From NCBI RefSeq assembly GCF_009914755.1, contig NC_060947.1: a DNA stretch of 64,000 bases; one strand, given 5' to 3'. Below, in pieces: positions 61,351-64,000 of this stretch; position 1 is the first letter of the stretch; every line of letters starts with the position of its first letter. The stretch is from the human T2T-CHM13v2.0 reference genome, Homo sapiens. Under the pieces are notes generated by a model. That model was given only the letters and a program-made list of their open reading frames with translations, made no database searches and was not told where the DNA came from. Both the position numbers and the translations under genes were made by a program.

Positions 61351-62202
61351 CTTCAAGAAAGAAGTGATCATTATTCTTAATATTTTCAGCTGGTTGCTTT
61401 TAGAGGCTTTTATCCTCCAAAATCAAGTTACTTCTTCTATCAATGTTGTTATTCTAGAAGCAGCCTCATAAGTTTTACAATTTACTGTTAGCATTAAAAA
61501 GAATGAGCAACTCATCTAATATAATGAATGTGTTATAAAATCCATTTTTAGAACTTAGAGAATTATCTAGGAAGCTCAGGAATTAGCATGACTTCAAAGT
61601 ATTCAAAACATGGGTAGATAGTTTGCATTTTCTAATCACAAGGAAGGCATCTAGCATATTTACAATAACACGTACCACCACCTGTACAGATAGATACATG
61701 TAGATATGTGTATGTATTATACACACATCTAACTTCTAAAGCATAAATCGATCAAGTTTATTAACTCTATCCCACTTTCCTCAGTAATAATCATGTTGCA
61801 ACAGTCCTTAAGGCACACATCTGGCAACCTGTCTTACAATGTTAATGTTCTTCAATTTTGATGGTACGTAGTCATGTGTACAGTGTAGATTTCAGAGCCC
61901 CAGGGAGTTCATCTTATCATATAACTTATTCCCTCTCATGGCCAGCACAACTCTTGTAGCTTGGAGTAAACATTGAGTTTCTAACTATGATCTACATAAA
62001 AATGTAAATATTCCTTGTGAATATTATCAACTTTTATCATACCTTGTCCTTAACCCACATAAGTTTCTCAGCTCTTAACTAAAAGTGATATCCTGTAAGG
62101 ATGGGATACAGATAGGTACATTTGAAACTTGGAGATTGAGCTAGCTCTGGAATGTTAGTTCACCTGCAACAGTGGGTGCATATGGCTATTGTGAAAGGGC
62201 AG

Positions 62203-62614
62203 TGATATAGTCTGGATGTTCGTCCCCTCAAAATCTCACATTGAAATTTGATCCCCATTGGTTTAGGAGGGGCCTGTTGGGAGGTGTTTTGGTCATGGGG
62301 GCAAATTACTTATGAATGGCTTGGTGCCTTTCTTGGGGTAATGAGTGAGTTTTTGCTCTATTAGTTCACTCAAGAACTAACTGTTAAAGAGTCTGGCACC
62401 TCCTCCTGTCTTGCTTCCCCTCACCATGTGATACTGGCTCCCCTTCTCCTTCCCTTTATGCCATGATTGGAAGCTCCATGAAGCCCTCACAGGCAGCAGG
62501 TGATGTCATGCTTCTTACATGCAGCCTGCAGAACTGTGAGCCAAAAAAACTTGTTTCTTTATAAGTTACCCAGCCTCAGGTATTATTTTATAGCAATGCA
62601 GATGGACTAATACA
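62203..62614 (+). mobile_element. MSTB-type solo LTR
   Basis: tgatatagtctggatgtt...gcagaactgtgagccaa...ggactaataca; 5-bp TSD GGCAG/GGCAA. Confidence 0.9.
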
Positions 62615-62649
62615 GGCAACCAAAGAGAGGTTATCATTAAATCAACTTG

Positions 62650-63135
62650 GTCCCTTCCCTCTACATAGCTTGTGTGCCTTAGGGGAAGCTGACTCCACCC
62701 CCAGGACCTCACATAGGCCTGGACTAAGGGTAATCTACTCTACCTTCTTGCAAGTGATTGGTTCAGAAATGGGCATGTTACTCATTAAGGGCCAATGAGA
62801 TTTTCAATGAGACACTTTTGGGGAGAGGGTAGGTTAATTTTTCTTCATTTTTCAGGAGAGCTTTTGGTAGAACTCTTTCTTCTCTTCCTTGTGGATGCTG
62901 TCATACACAAGCGTGAGATCTGGTCAGAGTAAGAAGTCAACACTTACAAGGAAGTAGAGTAAAGACAAACATAGGGAAATGGAGCCAGAGCAACTGGACG
63001 ATACGTCCCTGAAGCCCCACCTCACCACTGGATTTCTTCACCAGTGTAGAAACGTATGCCAGTACATTTCTTCACCGTATGGGCCAGGTGGTGTCAGATT
63101 TTCTGTGACTTCCTTCCCATGCAGGTCAGATGATA
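62650..63135 (+). mobile_element. MLT1K-type LTR relic
   Basis: gaagctgactccacccc...agtgattggttcagaaatgggcatg...ggccaatgaga. Confidence 0.6.
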
Positions 63136-64000
63136 CGAAGCCAAAGACAAATGTTGTGCTGTGTGGGTCCCACAGCCACTGTGCTCTGAGCAGATATTGT
63201 TTTTTAAAAAAAATCACAAGCATCTATACCATCTGTCACTTGGTATAAGTAAAAGCTAGACAGAAAAAAGACATGTGACTTTCCAAGGCATTGCCGTGCA
63301 ACGGACAAAATCTAGGTTGAAATATTCTTGTCTCTCCTACTCTGACAGTTTCTTCCCCTGGATTGCATTTTTTCACCATTAAGATCATTGATAAACTGGG
63401 AAAATAGTCTACAAAAATGTCACCTTCATTTTGCAGCAATTTGAATACATAATTATTCATCCATCTAAGAAAAACAATCCATTTTAGAAAATTAATTATT
63501 GAGTGTATAAAGTGCTTTCATTCTTAGAATCTATAATGTGAATTGGCTGGATCATAATTAACGGTTTCTAGCATGATTCTTATAAAGGTGTCTCTCCAAT
63601 CAGATCTGACAGCCTACTTGCCCACCTTGGCTCTTATGCCTTCAAGATCTTAATAAAACAGAAGTGAACTTGAAAGTTGTTCCAAATAGGAATGTGAATT
63701 AAATATACTATTCCTATCTAATATCTAATGTCTGTATTTACCCAACATTGCTAATATCGTAAGAGGAAAAAAATTATTATTTTTAAGTTGTTTTTGTCCC
63801 CAAAGCTATCCATTAATTCCTTCCTAAAAGAACAGTTAGAATGTGAATGGGGACAACCTTAATACGACTGCATTGACAATCTCCGCCCTATGCCTTTTTA
63901 CTCTATTACGTATGTGCAGCTTTATTTTTGCAGTAAAACAATATTTTTAATGATTATATTAAATAGCATTTTGAAGTCAAACTATACAGCCTAATAAATT

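Overview
AT-rich, repeat-dense primate (very probably human) genomic DNA with no intact protein-coding gene I can support. Nearly all ORFs in the supplied track are Alu, L1 or LTR read-through or chance frames. I found no CpG island, no functional RNA gene and no CRISPR array. The window holds about 29 Alu elements or fragments (J, S, Y and a monomer), old L1M, L2, CR1 and MIR relics, solo LTRs (MER4A-type, LTR7B/HERV-H, MLT1, MST, MLT2, LTR16) and DNA transposons (Ricksha/MULE, MADE1, MER58A, MER5, MER94, Charlie). Repeat family names are by-eye recognition from remembered consensus sequences, not a RepeatMasker run. The best-supported unusual structures are a four-level nest (MIR > AluS > LTR7B > AluY), two locally templated insertions, a 41-bp retroposed poly(A)-signal fragment with a perfect TSD, a tandem Alu pair with a triplicated TSD and a 153-bp tandem duplication. 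A more speculative signal is a set of phase-compatible minus-strand exon-like segments (2.9-10.4 kb) whose translation loosely resembles SIGIRR/IL-1R Ig and TIR motifs. It could be a decayed unitary pseudogene or a chance pattern.
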